A stretch of 64,000 nt of DNA from a virus (lineage: Duplodnaviria; Caudoviricetes). Location of the stretch: IMG/VR virus record IMGVR_UViG_3300048881_000780; one strand, given 5' to 3'. The notes under the pieces are model-generated. The model did not search any database and was not told the DNA's origin. It saw nothing but the letters and a program-made list of their open reading frames with translations. Shown one piece after another: positions 9,272 through 18,437 of this stretch; position 1 is the first letter of the stretch; each line of letters opens with the position of its first letter. The position numbers were made by a program, and so were the translations under genes.

Positions 9272-10438
9272 TTAAGTACTTAATATTACGCTACTTTCTT
9301 TTTGATTAGCTTCAGTCTTTTTTACGAAATATAAAATAATTATCATAATGAAAAGTCCAAAAATAGACAAGCCAAGTAAAACATTCATTAATTCAAAATA
9401 ACTATTCAAAACTCCAATGATACAGGTACAAATCCCCACCGTTACTCCTGTGACAAGATGAAAGAAAGATTGACCTGTCGCGGAGTACTTTGAATCTATC
9501 TTCTTCGTGAAATCCTCGAAGTAAAAGTACACGAAGGATCTTGGAATTATTGCAATAAACAAAAGTAGATAGGCGTAATCAGAAGCGAAATAGCAGGCGA
9601 TTCCAATTACACAATGAGAGAGTGCGCTTAGATACCTGGGATATGGTAACACTTTTAGAAAAAAGGACACTTTCTTAATGCATAAAGAAAGTAATATATT
9701 GTATACACCAAAAATAATTGCAAATTTAGATAGAGGAATATCAGAGTTCTCTAACAGAGGTTGTAAAAAGGTAAATAATGTTAAAAAAGATCCTGAAGAA
9801 ATACTTCCTTCCAATAGCAATCCTAGAATATACCTATCTTTAAATAAGTGCTTTATAGTTCTTGTAATACCGAGACGTTCCTTCTTTTCTAAATATGTTG
9901 TGCATTTATTATTTATAGAAAATCCCAAGATTAGTACACTCAATGAGATAAGTAACTGCGTAAAAATAATAAAATCAAAACCGAAAAAAGTAAGGGCCGA
10001 TGCTAGAAATGCCGAAGCGAATACCCCAACTCTTTTGTAAAAAAATAAACCCGAAATCAATCCTTCGTCACTTTGTATTTTATTTATTATCGCAACATCG
10101 CTTCCTGATAAAAATGCAAAGCTTAAAGCTGAAAGGATTTGATATATTATAAATGACCAAAATGATATTGATATAAATAGACAAAATGAAGCAGCTGCGA
10201 ATAACACTCCAGAGAATATTATCGCGTTCCTGGAACCCCAGTGATCAGAAAAATACCCACTAGGCACTTCAGCTATTAATGAAGTGAATCTAAATACAGC
10301 TGTAAAATAAAAAAGATCAGCCGTTGTAAGTCCATTATGAAGAAGTAAAGGTAATAGTATTGCTTCTATTAAAACGAAGCCCCTGAAGAATGATATCGCG
10401 TATATTTTCTTTACTTCTCTATGTATTTTGCCTTTCAT
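9272..10438 (-). CDS. MFS transporter
   Basis: ~12 TM segments; EVPSGYFSDHWGSR (MFS motif A) and LSGSDVA. Confidence 0.88.
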   Translation of the reverse strand: MKGKIHREVKKIYAISFFRGFVLIEAILLPLLLHNGLTTADLFYFTAVFRFTSLIAEVPSGYFSDHWGSRNAIIFSGVLFAAASFCLFISISFWSFIIYQILSALSFAFLSGSDVAIINKIQSDEGLISGLFFYKRVGVFASAFLASALTFFGFDFIIFTQLLISLSVLILGFSINNKCTTYLEKKERLGITRTIKHLFKDRYILGLLLEGSISSGSFLTLFTFLQPLLENSDIPLSKFAIIFGVYNILLSLCIKKVSFFLKVLPYPRYLSALSHCVIGIACYFASDYAYLLLFIAIIPRSFVYFYFEDFTKKIDSKYSATGQSFFHLVTGVTVGICTCIIGVLNSYFELMNVLLGLSIFGLFIMIIILYFVKKTEANQKESSVILST

Positions 10439-10568
10439 GAAGTTATTATAAGAAAGAGAAGGTGATTTATTATTACCTTAAATTAATACATAATAACGTC
10501 TTTATTTTGAATAACTAGATACCTTAGTGTTATCTATTTAATTATTTTTATATTGGTGATTATTAACT

Positions 10569-10868
10569 CTATCTATATGGTAAGTATTCTCGTATATCAC
10601 TAGAGTCAGAGAGATCTTCATTGATCATAATTTCATCACCAACTTTAATCCCTAAATCTTTTAATTTCTGTATAAACATAGGTGCATCACAATCTTCTTC
10701 CAAAAATACGCATCCACCTCTTTGTTTTGAGCTTTTGGATATTTCACTGTGAATACCAAGCACATCAAGAACACATTTATCAACTTTCAGCCATCCATGT
10801 CCACCAGTGTAGAAAGTTAGTCCTTGTGGGTGAAGTTCATTTATTAAATCTAGTACTCTCTGTTTCAT
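10569..10868 (-). CDS. Mobile-element-type hypothetical protein (GHGWL...LEEDCD)
   Basis: GGHGWLKV and VFLEEDCDA motifs; TACGATAA at 10888-10895 (-). Confidence 0.7.
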   Translation of the reverse strand: MKQRVLDLINELHPQGLTFYTGGHGWLKVDKCVLDVLGIHSEISKSSKQRGGCVFLEEDCDAPMFIQKLKDLGIKVGDEIMINEDLSDSSDIREYLPYR

Positions 10869-11018
10869 TACTATCTCCTTTAAAGACTTATCGTAATTTA
10901 CGAGAAAGTGGCACTAGACAGATTCTCAATCTTTAGTAAGTTACCCAAGTTACTGTCATTAATGACCATTCTCGAAACTGACATTCCTTTGTGCTAATAT
11001 AAATTTAGAGAGGCTAAT

Positions 11019-11231
11019 ATGAAATCTGAGCTAGAGCTAGTTTTTGAATTATTAAAGGAATCGACAAAGAGAGCAGAAAGAAAAGAGGCTTTCGAATTCT
11101 TAAGTGATAATATACGTCATGCTTTCATGAAACACCCTGATAATGCTGGTGTGTTTGCTAGTTTTCTTAAGAAAGAACTCATTGATTGTCGAGAGGTGTT
11201 AAAGTCAGATCCATACTTAAATAAGAAATAG
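11019..11231 (+). CDS. Small helical hypothetical protein
   Basis: GAGG RBS; similar size and pattern to 1470/16779 family. Confidence 0.65.
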   Translation: MKSELELVFELLKESTKRAERKEAFEFLSDNIRHAFMKHPDNAGVFASFLKKELIDCREVLKSDPYLNKK

Positions 11232-11322
11232 TCCTATCTTTAAATATCATTTGCATTTTAAGACCCTAGATCGTTAGAGGATGGCACTTTATTTTCTTTA
11301 TAATATTGTAAAGGGAGTTATT

Positions 11323-11505
11323 ATGAAAATGTATATTATTAAGTATTATTCAAAAAGTTCGCAAACTTACCATTGGCTTGAAAATATCCACCAAAGTGAA
11401 TTAGATAATAAAATAATGAGTCTTCATACGGGGCTAAATATCCTACTTACTGATATTGTTGTATATGAGGCAAAAGCTGTTAAGTTAAAGATTAAAGCAA
11501 CTTAA
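11323..11505 (+). CDS. Small hypothetical protein (start likely 11323)
   Basis: GGGAG RBS before MKMYII. Confidence 0.55.
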   Translation: MKMYIIKYYSKSSQTYHWLENIHQSELDNKIMSLHTGLNILLTDIVVYEAKAVKLKIKAT

Positions 11506-11509
11506 TGGA

Positions 11510-11824
11510 TTATCTAATATTAAATTTACTGCGAATCTCTTTTACAGATAGACCTTGATTAGTGAGCTTTTTACAGCTTTTACAAATAGCAGAGAGACCA
11601 TCTTTTCGTCGACTCTCTTTTGCAAAATTCTTATTAGATTTTAATAGCGACTTCTTACATGTGGAACAATTCTTATATTCTGAGCCAATAGGAGTGTCTC
11701 GTTCTAGCAACACATAACCTAGGTGAATATTGGTTAGTCCACTTTTTTTAATAAGTTCCAAGAGTCTAGCCTTATCTTCTGGATTTTTAATTATAAAATC
11801 ATATCTTTCAATCTTGTAGCTCAT
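11510..11824 (-). CDS. Zinc-finger protein (CxxC...F...DG...CKxC), no nuclease domain
   Basis: CSTC...NFAKESRRKDGLSAICKSC. Confidence 0.7.
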   Translation of the reverse strand: MSYKIERYDFIIKNPEDKARLLELIKKSGLTNIHLGYVLLERDTPIGSEYKNCSTCKKSLLKSNKNFAKESRRKDGLSAICKSCKKLTNQGLSVKEIRSKFNIR

Positions 11825-12006
11825 AGATTAAGTACTACCTCAATAGTCGAAAGTACTCAATAAACTTTAACTCAGTTATCATATTTACCTTGTAATTTAT
11901 CGATAAAATCTGAATATGCAATCCTTTGAAATTATTCACTTAAACTTTAGGGTTATATCATTTGCAGATCTAGTGATAAAATCTATTATCACATGGAGAA
12001 ACCATT

Positions 12007-13290
12007 ATGTATCTGACTCATAATAAAATAGAACTAGTTAGTAAATTTGAAGAAGGAAATACATCTCAAATAAATAACTTTTTAAATAGCTATAACTTAA
12101 CGGAACTGGAGAGACTGGAAAAGTATTTCAATCAAAATTTAAAAAAGTTTTTAACGAAGAGAGTATATCCAGAAGATGGTGAAAATTTTGATGCTATAAT
12201 GCCATTTAATTTATTAAGATATTTAACTCTTAAGGAGTTAATATCAAATAAAAGAGATAATAAAGATTTTAAGCTTGAGACATTTTTAATAGAATTTTAT
12301 GACAGCTTGGAAAATAAGAATATTATTCCTGATCACTTCGAAATCCCGAGAGTGATTACTTCTATATTCAATTCAAACAAGTGGGGGAAATCCGAAGATC
12401 CCTTTAAGTCCTGGAAGAAAGATAATAGAAAAATATTATATGACCTAATAATTAGACCATGGGAAAAGGATCTAATTAACTCAGAGATTGAAAATCTAGG
12501 ACGAAGATTACAAAGAAGACTTAAGTATGGTGAATATCAAGTAAAACCTGTATCAACATGGGGTTCACAAAATAATAGCTTTAATGATCACTGTTGGGTG
12601 GCCCTTATACCAATAGGACAAACACTAAAGAATTCTGTTCATTTAGGAATCAGGATTTATAAAGATAAATATATTTGTATGATTAGAGTTGGTGATGACA
12701 GATTAAAGAAAAATAAGAATATACCAACTCGAATACATACTTATTCATCAGATAACTTCGATGATATTATAGAACATTTAGTTAAGATAGAAAAACATTG
12801 TATCTATTTGAATGACAAAACCAACAAAGATAACCTTCAAAATGAAATCGAAGATACTATAACTCCAGTAGACATTACATCTAATTTTAGAGAAATGAAT
12901 TTTAAAAATAACTCTAAAAAAGATAGTCGATCTCTTCAAAATAAAAAGACATCATATGAAATTATGATTGAATCATATTTAAAATATAAAACTCTATACT
13001 TAATAAAGATAAAAGGAGTTAGCTTTGGAAATTCAAATAAGTCACTATATAAAGTAGGTGTCACAAATAGCACAAGAGTAGAGAAGAGATTTTCTGAAAT
13101 AGCATCAGGCTTCGGAATGAAGTCCCATATAAGCATAATTCCATTATTAGTATATACAAACAAGGGAGACTCTGAAGAAATGATTAAAGAGTGGCTCATT
13201 GATTCCAAAGAATTTGAGTATTGTAATGAATATTTTTATTCAGATATAAACACTGAATCCCTGGTACAGAAAATCAAAGAAATTATCTGA
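12007..13290 (+). CDS. GIY-YIG (T5orf172/MUG113-like) nuclease with N-terminal putative DNA-recognition domain
   Basis: LYLIK...LYKVGVTN..RVEKRFSEI...E...NEYFY at C-terminus. Confidence 0.7.
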   Translation: MYLTHNKIELVSKFEEGNTSQINNFLNSYNLTELERLEKYFNQNLKKFLTKRVYPEDGENFDAIMPFNLLRYLTLKELISNKRDNKDFKLETFLIEFYDSLENKNIIPDHFEIPRVITSIFNSNKWGKSEDPFKSWKKDNRKILYDLIIRPWEKDLINSEIENLGRRLQRRLKYGEYQVKPVSTWGSQNNSFNDHCWVALIPIGQTLKNSVHLGIRIYKDKYICMIRVGDDRLKKNKNIPTRIHTYSSDNFDDIIEHLVKIEKHCIYLNDKTNKDNLQNEIEDTITPVDITSNFREMNFKNNSKKDSRSLQNKKTSYEIMIESYLKYKTLYLIKIKGVSFGNSNKSLYKVGVTNSTRVEKRFSEIASGFGMKSHISIIPLLVYTNKGDSEEMIKEWLIDSKEFEYCNEYFYSDINTESLVQKIKEII

Positions 13291-13378
13291 TTTGTTAAAA
13301 GCGATTTATCCTGTCGATCCAAATAATTCTCCCTGAATAAATAGTAAGTAGTTGTTATTACGATAAGGTTATAGAAAT

Positions 13379-13408
13379 CTTGTAGAATACTACAAGGTGC
13401 GTTATAAT
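13379..13408 (+). promoter_or_regulatory. sigma70-type promoter with palindromic operator over -35
   Basis: CTTGTAG-aata-CTACAAG (13379-13396); TTGTAG-N17-TATAAT. Confidence 0.75.
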
Positions 13409-13421
13409 GTAGGTGAGAGAT

Positions 13422-13721
13422 ATGAACGAATTAATAGAATTGGAGAAAGAAGAATTTATTGTTGTTAGGAGTAGGTTAGTTAAGAGAATTGAAATTCTGG
13501 ATAGAGCAAAGTTAAATGTTAACATGTCAAATGATAGAATTATAAATATTTTCTTAAATTATTACTCATATAAAGACATAGAACCAGTATACGAAGACAA
13601 TGATCACGGATACTTTGAAGATTCCCTCTCTGTTAATCTATTTGAGTATGAAATAAACTTTATATTCAGTTACAGGTCTTCAACTATCTCAATAGAAAAA
13701 ATAAGTCTAATTAAGGATTAG
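13422..13721 (+). CDS. Putative toxin-like partner of XRE antitoxin (copy 1)
   Basis: ~100 aa upstream of HTH gene; paralogue of 17407..17703. Confidence 0.6.
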   Translation: MNELIELEKEEFIVVRSRLVKRIEILDRAKLNVNMSNDRIINIFLNYYSYKDIEPVYEDNDHGYFEDSLSVNLFEYEINFIFSYRSSTISIEKISLIKD

Positions 13722-13723
13722 CT

Positions 13724-14050
13724 ATGGATAAGAAAGGAAGAGAATTTTTAAAGAGAGCAAAAGATTTTGTAAATAAAAACGGAAGCATTAGATCGCAGTC
13801 GGGGATGCATTTAAACACTCTAAATGGAAGAATTAAAACATCTATTATATCCCAGTTGATTACCTATAAGAGAGAGAACGAATTAACTAACGTGGCCCTA
13901 TCTAAAAAACTCGAAATATCGGAGTCTCAAGTTTCTAAAATATTAGCCTATCATGTAGGAGGTATATCTCTAGACTACCTTGTAAACTGTATTGAAAAAC
14001 TAGGTTTCGACAATGATAAAAATATTTTAATTTTTAACCAAAAAGCCTGA
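13724..14050 (+). CDS. XRE-family HTH, HigA-like antitoxin (copy 1)
   Basis: LTNVALSKKLEISESQVSKILAYH...SLDYL. Confidence 0.82.
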   Translation: MDKKGREFLKRAKDFVNKNGSIRSQSGMHLNTLNGRIKTSIISQLITYKRENELTNVALSKKLEISESQVSKILAYHVGGISLDYLVNCIEKLGFDNDKNILIFNQKA

Positions 14051-14071
14051 TAGTCCTTAATATATATACAA

Positions 14072-14701
14072 TTAAGCAACTAGGTCCAATTGTCTTTCTG
14101 TATTATATATTGATATTCCATTTCTTTTGATATCAATAAGTTCTAATTCTGATCCTTCAAGTACTTGAATCTCGGCTTCATCTTCTCCAAGACTGGGGCA
14201 TAGATTTTTTAGAACACTTGTTTTTAGATCTATATTCCTTAAATGAAATTTTGCAATTATTTCAATTTCAATACCAGCATTCCCCCAGTGCGCCTCTGCC
14301 TTATCATGATCCCATGACCAAAACACTCCTAAGCCAGTGTAACCTTTAATGTAATTACCATTTTTAATTTTATCTATGAATGATGAAATAGATGGAACAG
14401 TTATAGCTCTTGATAATATGATATGGTCAGATTGAACTATAGCTTTATCCTCGAAATTATTATCAAAAGTAGATAATGCATCCTCAAACCAATTAAGACA
14501 GAACTCCTTGAATATCTCTTCGTATTCTTTGTCATATTTTTCTTTTGAAATTATATTTTGATCAAGGTCATCATTCAATTCTCTTAATTCAGTTGAATCA
14601 GAAAAATAAATATATTCCTCGATATTGTCGGCACTTTCGTACCATTCGAACCATTCTTTAAATAAGTCATTATCAGATATATTAAGTAGTTTCAGTATCA
14701 T
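14072..14701 (-). CDS. Putative R-S-E class ADP-ribosyltransferase-fold protein
   Basis: ILSRAI (R), GVFWSWD (S), EDEAEIQV (ExE); TACGATAA at 14719-14726 (-). Confidence 0.6.
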   Translation of the reverse strand: MILKLLNISDNDLFKEWFEWYESADNIEEYIYFSDSTELRELNDDLDQNIISKEKYDKEYEEIFKEFCLNWFEDALSTFDNNFEDKAIVQSDHIILSRAITVPSISSFIDKIKNGNYIKGYTGLGVFWSWDHDKAEAHWGNAGIEIEIIAKFHLRNIDLKTSVLKNLCPSLGEDEAEIQVLEGSELELIDIKRNGISIYNTERQLDLVA

Positions 14702-15129
14702 TTTTCACCTCATATTTATTATCGTAATCAATACAAGAGAAACTATGATTTTCTTAATATGGAGCCATCATTAATGTAGAGTCTTAGTCAGGTTTATGGG
14801 GTGATGTAATATTCTTTAATATAGGTGGTTTTGTAGGTAGTTTAATGTTTGGGAATAAAGGATCGCATATAGGGACTATGCGGTCTTAGTGTTATTTTGT
14901 AACGCTCTGGGTTGTCGCTAGAACTTTTTCTGGCATTTTTGGGTATATCTAGGCCTACTTAAAATTTACTCCAGTAACTATTAATAGTTCGTAGTTACTG
15001 GATAAAAAATGGTTAAATTCTCTCCGTAGTTGGCACAGTATAAATTTACAAAAATGGACTTAATACTGTTACTAGAATTTAGTAACACCTAGTAACGTTA
15101 CAACAATTAAGTAACGCTATTGTTTTACT

Positions 15130-15212
15130 AAAAACTGGGATTTATGAACTGATCGAATAATCCAAGTTTTTTTTCAAAAACTGGGATTTATGAATTGATC
15201 GAATAATCCAAG
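15130..15212 (+). repeat. Two 37-bp direct repeats (1 mismatch), period 46
   Basis: AAAAACTGGGATTTATGAAYTGATCGAATAATCCAAG at 15130-15166 and 15176-15212. Confidence 0.9.
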
Positions 15213-15273
15213 GTTTTAGAATTTCAGACATTGTTACTGATATAAATACGATAAATATCATAGGAGATATCTT

Positions 15274-15807
15274 ATGATCATTTATCACGGTTCTAATACA
15301 CCAGGTTTATCAGAGTTTAACTACGACATCTCAAGATCTTCAAACCCTGGAGCTTTAGAGAGATTTGAAGGCCCTGGATGGTACTGTGCCCTTAATAAAG
15401 AAATCTCTAGGAATTTTGGATGTTTTCTATACACACTTGAATTTAATTCTGAAAACTATTTTGATTCTACTGATAGAAAAAATATATTAAAAATGCTCAA
15501 GGAATGTGCAATTAGATCCAAAAGAGTTGATTATCTAAATGAAGTTCTAGAAAGCGGAATTATTAATGAATTAATAGATAAAACTCAAAAAGGTAAATCA
15601 TCTTCTTATAGACTCTATGAGCTCTTGAATCAGATACTTGGAAACGATGAATATTTTTGGGATGGAAGCGATGAATTCGTCGAAGAAGTTGAAAGGTATT
15701 TATCTTCAGTAGACGCTATACTGTCAAATTTTGATACATATGGAATCTGCCTTGTTGTGAAGAATGGAAAATCTCTTAAATTAGTTTCTGAAGAAAAACT
15801 TGCTTAG
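15274..15807 (+). CDS. Putative H-Y class ADP-ribosyltransferase-fold protein (ART-PolyVal-like)
   Basis: N-terminal IYHGS, then GPGWYCA...ISRNFG; TACGATAA at 15247-15254. Confidence 0.6.
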   Translation: MIIYHGSNTPGLSEFNYDISRSSNPGALERFEGPGWYCALNKEISRNFGCFLYTLEFNSENYFDSTDRKNILKMLKECAIRSKRVDYLNEVLESGIINELIDKTQKGKSSSYRLYELLNQILGNDEYFWDGSDEFVEEVERYLSSVDAILSNFDTYGICLVVKNGKSLKLVSEEKLA

Positions 15808-15829
15808 TACAGACCGTCCATTGTATTTT

Positions 15830-15906
15830 GGGAACCAAGCGGGAACCAAGCGGGAACCAAGCGGGAACCAAGCGGGAACCAAGCGGGAACCATGCGGGGA
15901 ACCAAG
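15830..15906 (+). repeat. Tandem 11-bp GC-rich repeat GGGAACCAAGC x7
   Basis: Five perfect units, one with a substitution, one partial with extra G. Confidence 0.95.
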
Positions 15907-16076
15907 AATTATACCCCTATCCTAACTAGTGTTTCCACTCTTCAAAATGTGCCACAAACAGTAGTCATGATAATTTTAAAAAGTTTTTGTATATCTCTGT
16001 ATTTATTGGCTTCTCTACCCGAGTTATCAACTATTTATTAATAATGATATGATAAGTTGTAATTGATGAGGTCAAA

Positions 16077-16266
16077 ATGGATACATTAAAAAAAGAATTT
16101 TCTTAAAATTATGTCTATCAGATTTGGTAAAGAGCAGGCTCAAGAACTACTCGATGCTGTTATCTATAATTCAAAATATCGCGGAGATGGAAGCGATAAG
16201 GTTACTAAGAAAACTCTTAAATGGTATATTGATTGTGTAAAGAGTGAACTTAATCTAAAAGGCTAA
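16077..16266 (+). pseudogene. Frameshifted small helical protein (MDTL...), break in an A7 run
   Basis: GAGG RBS + ATG 16077 stops after 9 codons; removing one A joins it to the 16111..16266 frame giving ~62 aa. Confidence 0.5.
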
Positions 16267-16284
16267 TTATATCCAACAGGTGTT

Positions 16285-16413
16285 TCACTTAAGAACTCTC
16301 TTAGTCTTTGTATTAAAATATCCAAAGATCTCGCCTGAATTTTCTATGCATCTTTCATACTCATATTCAGCTTCCATAATGGCCTTTTTAATAATATCTC
16401 TAGGTGTTTTCAT
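16285..16413 (-). CDS. Unannotated 42-aa protein (MKTPRDIIKK...)
   Basis: GGAGG RBS and TACGATAA at 16433-16440 (-). Confidence 0.55.
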   Translation of the reverse strand: MKTPRDIIKKAIMEAEYEYERCIENSGEIFGYFNTKTKRVLK

Positions 16414-16549
16414 TTAACCTCCATTTCTTTAATTATCGTAAATTAAAAACTTTCAAGACTTACCCCTCTTAGCGTTTACATATTTAATAACGTTAGCAAG
16501 CGTTTATAAAACCACTAACGCTTTTTACGATAATCTAATTGAGGTTTTT

Positions 16550-16699
16550 ATGAAAAAGTCAGTTAGAGAATTGTTAAGATTACTAATATTGGAAATTGAT
16601 CAACAAATTGAGGTGGCCAAAGAGACACACGATTTATTTCATTTAAAACAAATGAAAAGGCTACGAAGACACATAATAGAACTTATGGATTCCACGTAA
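16550..16699 (+). CDS. Unannotated 49-aa helical-hairpin protein (MKKSVRELL...)
   Basis: GAGG RBS and TACGATAA at 16526-16533. Confidence 0.65.
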   Translation: MKKSVRELLRLLILEIDQQIEVAKETHDLFHLKQMKRLRRHIIELMDST

Positions 16700-16778
16700 A
16701 GTACTCTAATTACTGACAATGGCGCCTAGATTACATGATTTCTTAGTTTCGTGATAAAATATATTTAAGGGAGTATTT

Positions 16779-16985
16779 ATGGATGTCGCTGATAAAATTC
16801 ATGAATTATACAGGAAGTCTAGACTAGAAATGAATGCTAAAGATACTAATTCATTTATTGCTTCAATAATTTCAAATTGCCTATACGATAATAAACACAA
16901 TTCCGAGCAGTTTAAAATAGATCTACTCAAAGAGATCGAGGATTCTATAAAAGTGATTGAAAAAACCTATAAGAACGGTTCTTGA
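16779..16985 (+). CDS. Small helical protein, paralogue of 1470..1676
   Basis: GGGAG RBS; sequence similarity to 1470..1676. Confidence 0.7.
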   Translation: MDVADKIHELYRKSRLEMNAKDTNSFIASIISNCLYDNKHNSEQFKIDLLKEIEDSIKVIEKTYKNGS

Positions 16986-17364
16986 TTTTGATAGGTATTT
17001 GTATTGACCAGAAAAAGAAGCAAAATCTCATTTAGAAATAACATTACAAAACTTTCTTTAAAAAGAATTTTGAATCTCACCAAGACTTTTCATTAGCCCT
17101 AAAAAAAGAGCTTTCAAGTATGATTTTTATTGTAAAAAACGATCCCAAGTTCAATGGGGACAAATCTTTATATACATATTTTCAAATGAAGCTACTAGGA
17201 ATAATAAAAATCCAAAAGACTTCAGTGATAACTTACTCCGTAAAATTTATGATTCCTATAATGCTGATGATTCAAATATCAAATGCTCAGAAAACCATAA
17301 TAGATCAAATATGAGCATTTAAACTCGCTCAAGTGTCTAAAATTACGATAATTATATAAGTAAT

Positions 17365-17394
17365 CTTGCAAGCTGTTGCAAGGTGCGTTATAAT
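17365..17394 (+). promoter_or_regulatory. sigma70-type promoter with palindromic operator over -35
   Basis: CTTGCAA-gctg-TTGCAAG (17365-17382); TTGCAA-N17-TATAAT. Confidence 0.75.
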
Positions 17395-17406
17395 TAAGGA
17401 GTTGTA

Positions 17407-17703
17407 ATGAATGATGTAATAGAACTAGAAAGAGATGATTTTGTTCTAATTAAAAATAAGCTTGTTAAGAGAATAGAGATTTCCGACGAGTCTAAAAAGA
17501 ATATCAGAATCTCAAATGACAAAATTGTTTCAATGTTTGTGAGTTACTATAATTATAAAAGCATTGAACCTATAGGAGAAATTGATTCTGTTGGTTACTT
17601 CGTTGATACTATTAATTTTCAAGAAAGATCTTATACTCTTTCTTTTATTTTTAGATACCAATCAGGAACGATTATTATAGAAGAGATATTTTTGGAGATT
17701 TAA
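17407..17703 (+). CDS. Putative toxin-like partner of XRE antitoxin (copy 2)
   Basis: Paralogue of 13422..13721 (LVKRIEI, SND, YY.YK.IEP, GYF.D). Confidence 0.6.
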   Translation: MNDVIELERDDFVLIKNKLVKRIEISDESKKNIRISNDKIVSMFVSYYNYKSIEPIGEIDSVGYFVDTINFQERSYTLSFIFRYQSGTIIIEEIFLEI

Positions 17704-17704
17704 T

Positions 17705-18040
17705 ATGTTTACAAAGGAAGAAGAGAGCCTCATCAAGAAATGTAAAGGGAAAATAAAGAAAGGAGAAGCTCTTGCCTCTCAGTCTGGAATGCATATGGAT
17801 ACTCTTAATGGCAGATTTAAAACATCTATTGTCAGTATGTTAATTGGTTATAAACATGAAAATAACTTAACAAATGTAGAGCTATCAAAGAAAATGAAGA
17901 TCTCAGAATCTCAAGTATCTAGAATATTGGCCTATCATCTAAAAAGTATATCTCTTGATTACTTAGTTGATTGCATTGATCGACTAGGAATGAATGAGAC
18001 TCACCTACTCTCTCTAAAAATCAAAAAGTCTGTCGCTTAA
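17705..18040 (+). CDS. XRE-family HTH, HigA-like antitoxin (copy 2)
   Basis: SQSGMH..TLNGR.KTSI and HTH shared with 13724..14050. Confidence 0.82.
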   Translation: MFTKEEESLIKKCKGKIKKGEALASQSGMHMDTLNGRFKTSIVSMLIGYKHENNLTNVELSKKMKISESQVSRILAYHLKSISLDYLVDCIDRLGMNETHLLSLKIKKSVA

Positions 18041-18068
18041 ATACTCAGATTGTAGAAGTCAGATGATG

Positions 18069-18437
18069 CTAGCTTTTAACCTTCCATACTCGAACAGGCT
18101 TTCTAAAATTTATTGCCTGATCTACTCCAGGTAAATTACTACCCCATGACCAAAATGGAGCTTCCTTCATTTCTGTTAGTAACACCAGCTTATTTGTCAT
18201 CTCTGATTTGTCACATCCACCGCTAGTTAGAGATATACTACGCTCTCTTAAAATATATTCTCCATTGCTGGTTTGATATTCATCTCCGTCTTCCCAAAAG
18301 TGCATAATTCTAGAAACGGAACCATCTTCCTTTATGACATACTCCCCTATCATTGGTTCACTATCCTCACACCTATCTAGATAGTTTTGATAGTGCTTAT
18401 CGATTATCTCTTGGTCGTATTTACTCATTTTTTTCAT
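18069..18437 (-). CDS. Mobile-element-type hypothetical protein (possibly DUF4121-like)
   Basis: P.IGE, TSGG, FW.WG and V.VW pattern; TACGATAA at 18459-18466 (-). Confidence 0.6.
   Translation of the reverse strand: MKKMSKYDQEIIDKHYQNYLDRCEDSEPMIGEYVIKEDGSVSRIMHFWEDGDEYQTSNGEYILRERSISLTSGGCDKSEMTNKLVLLTEMKEAPFWSWGSNLPGVDQAINFRKPVRVWKVKS

Noticed and set aside
13396-13415. dif site (GGTGCGTTATAATGTA resembles the XerC arm)
   Set aside because: No XerD arm; explained as the -10 region duplicated at 17382
14760-14955. Small membrane protein gene
   Set aside because: Hydrophobic Gly-rich fragments are interrupted by stops and frameshifts; at most an unidentifiable remnant
15130-15212. CRISPR array from the 37-bp repeats
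   Set aside because: Only two copies, 9-nt low-complexity spacer, no cas genes in the window
16990-17314. ORF 17120..17314 as a real gene
   Set aside because: No RBS and surrounded by broken reading frames; probably a decayed remnant that I cannot identify
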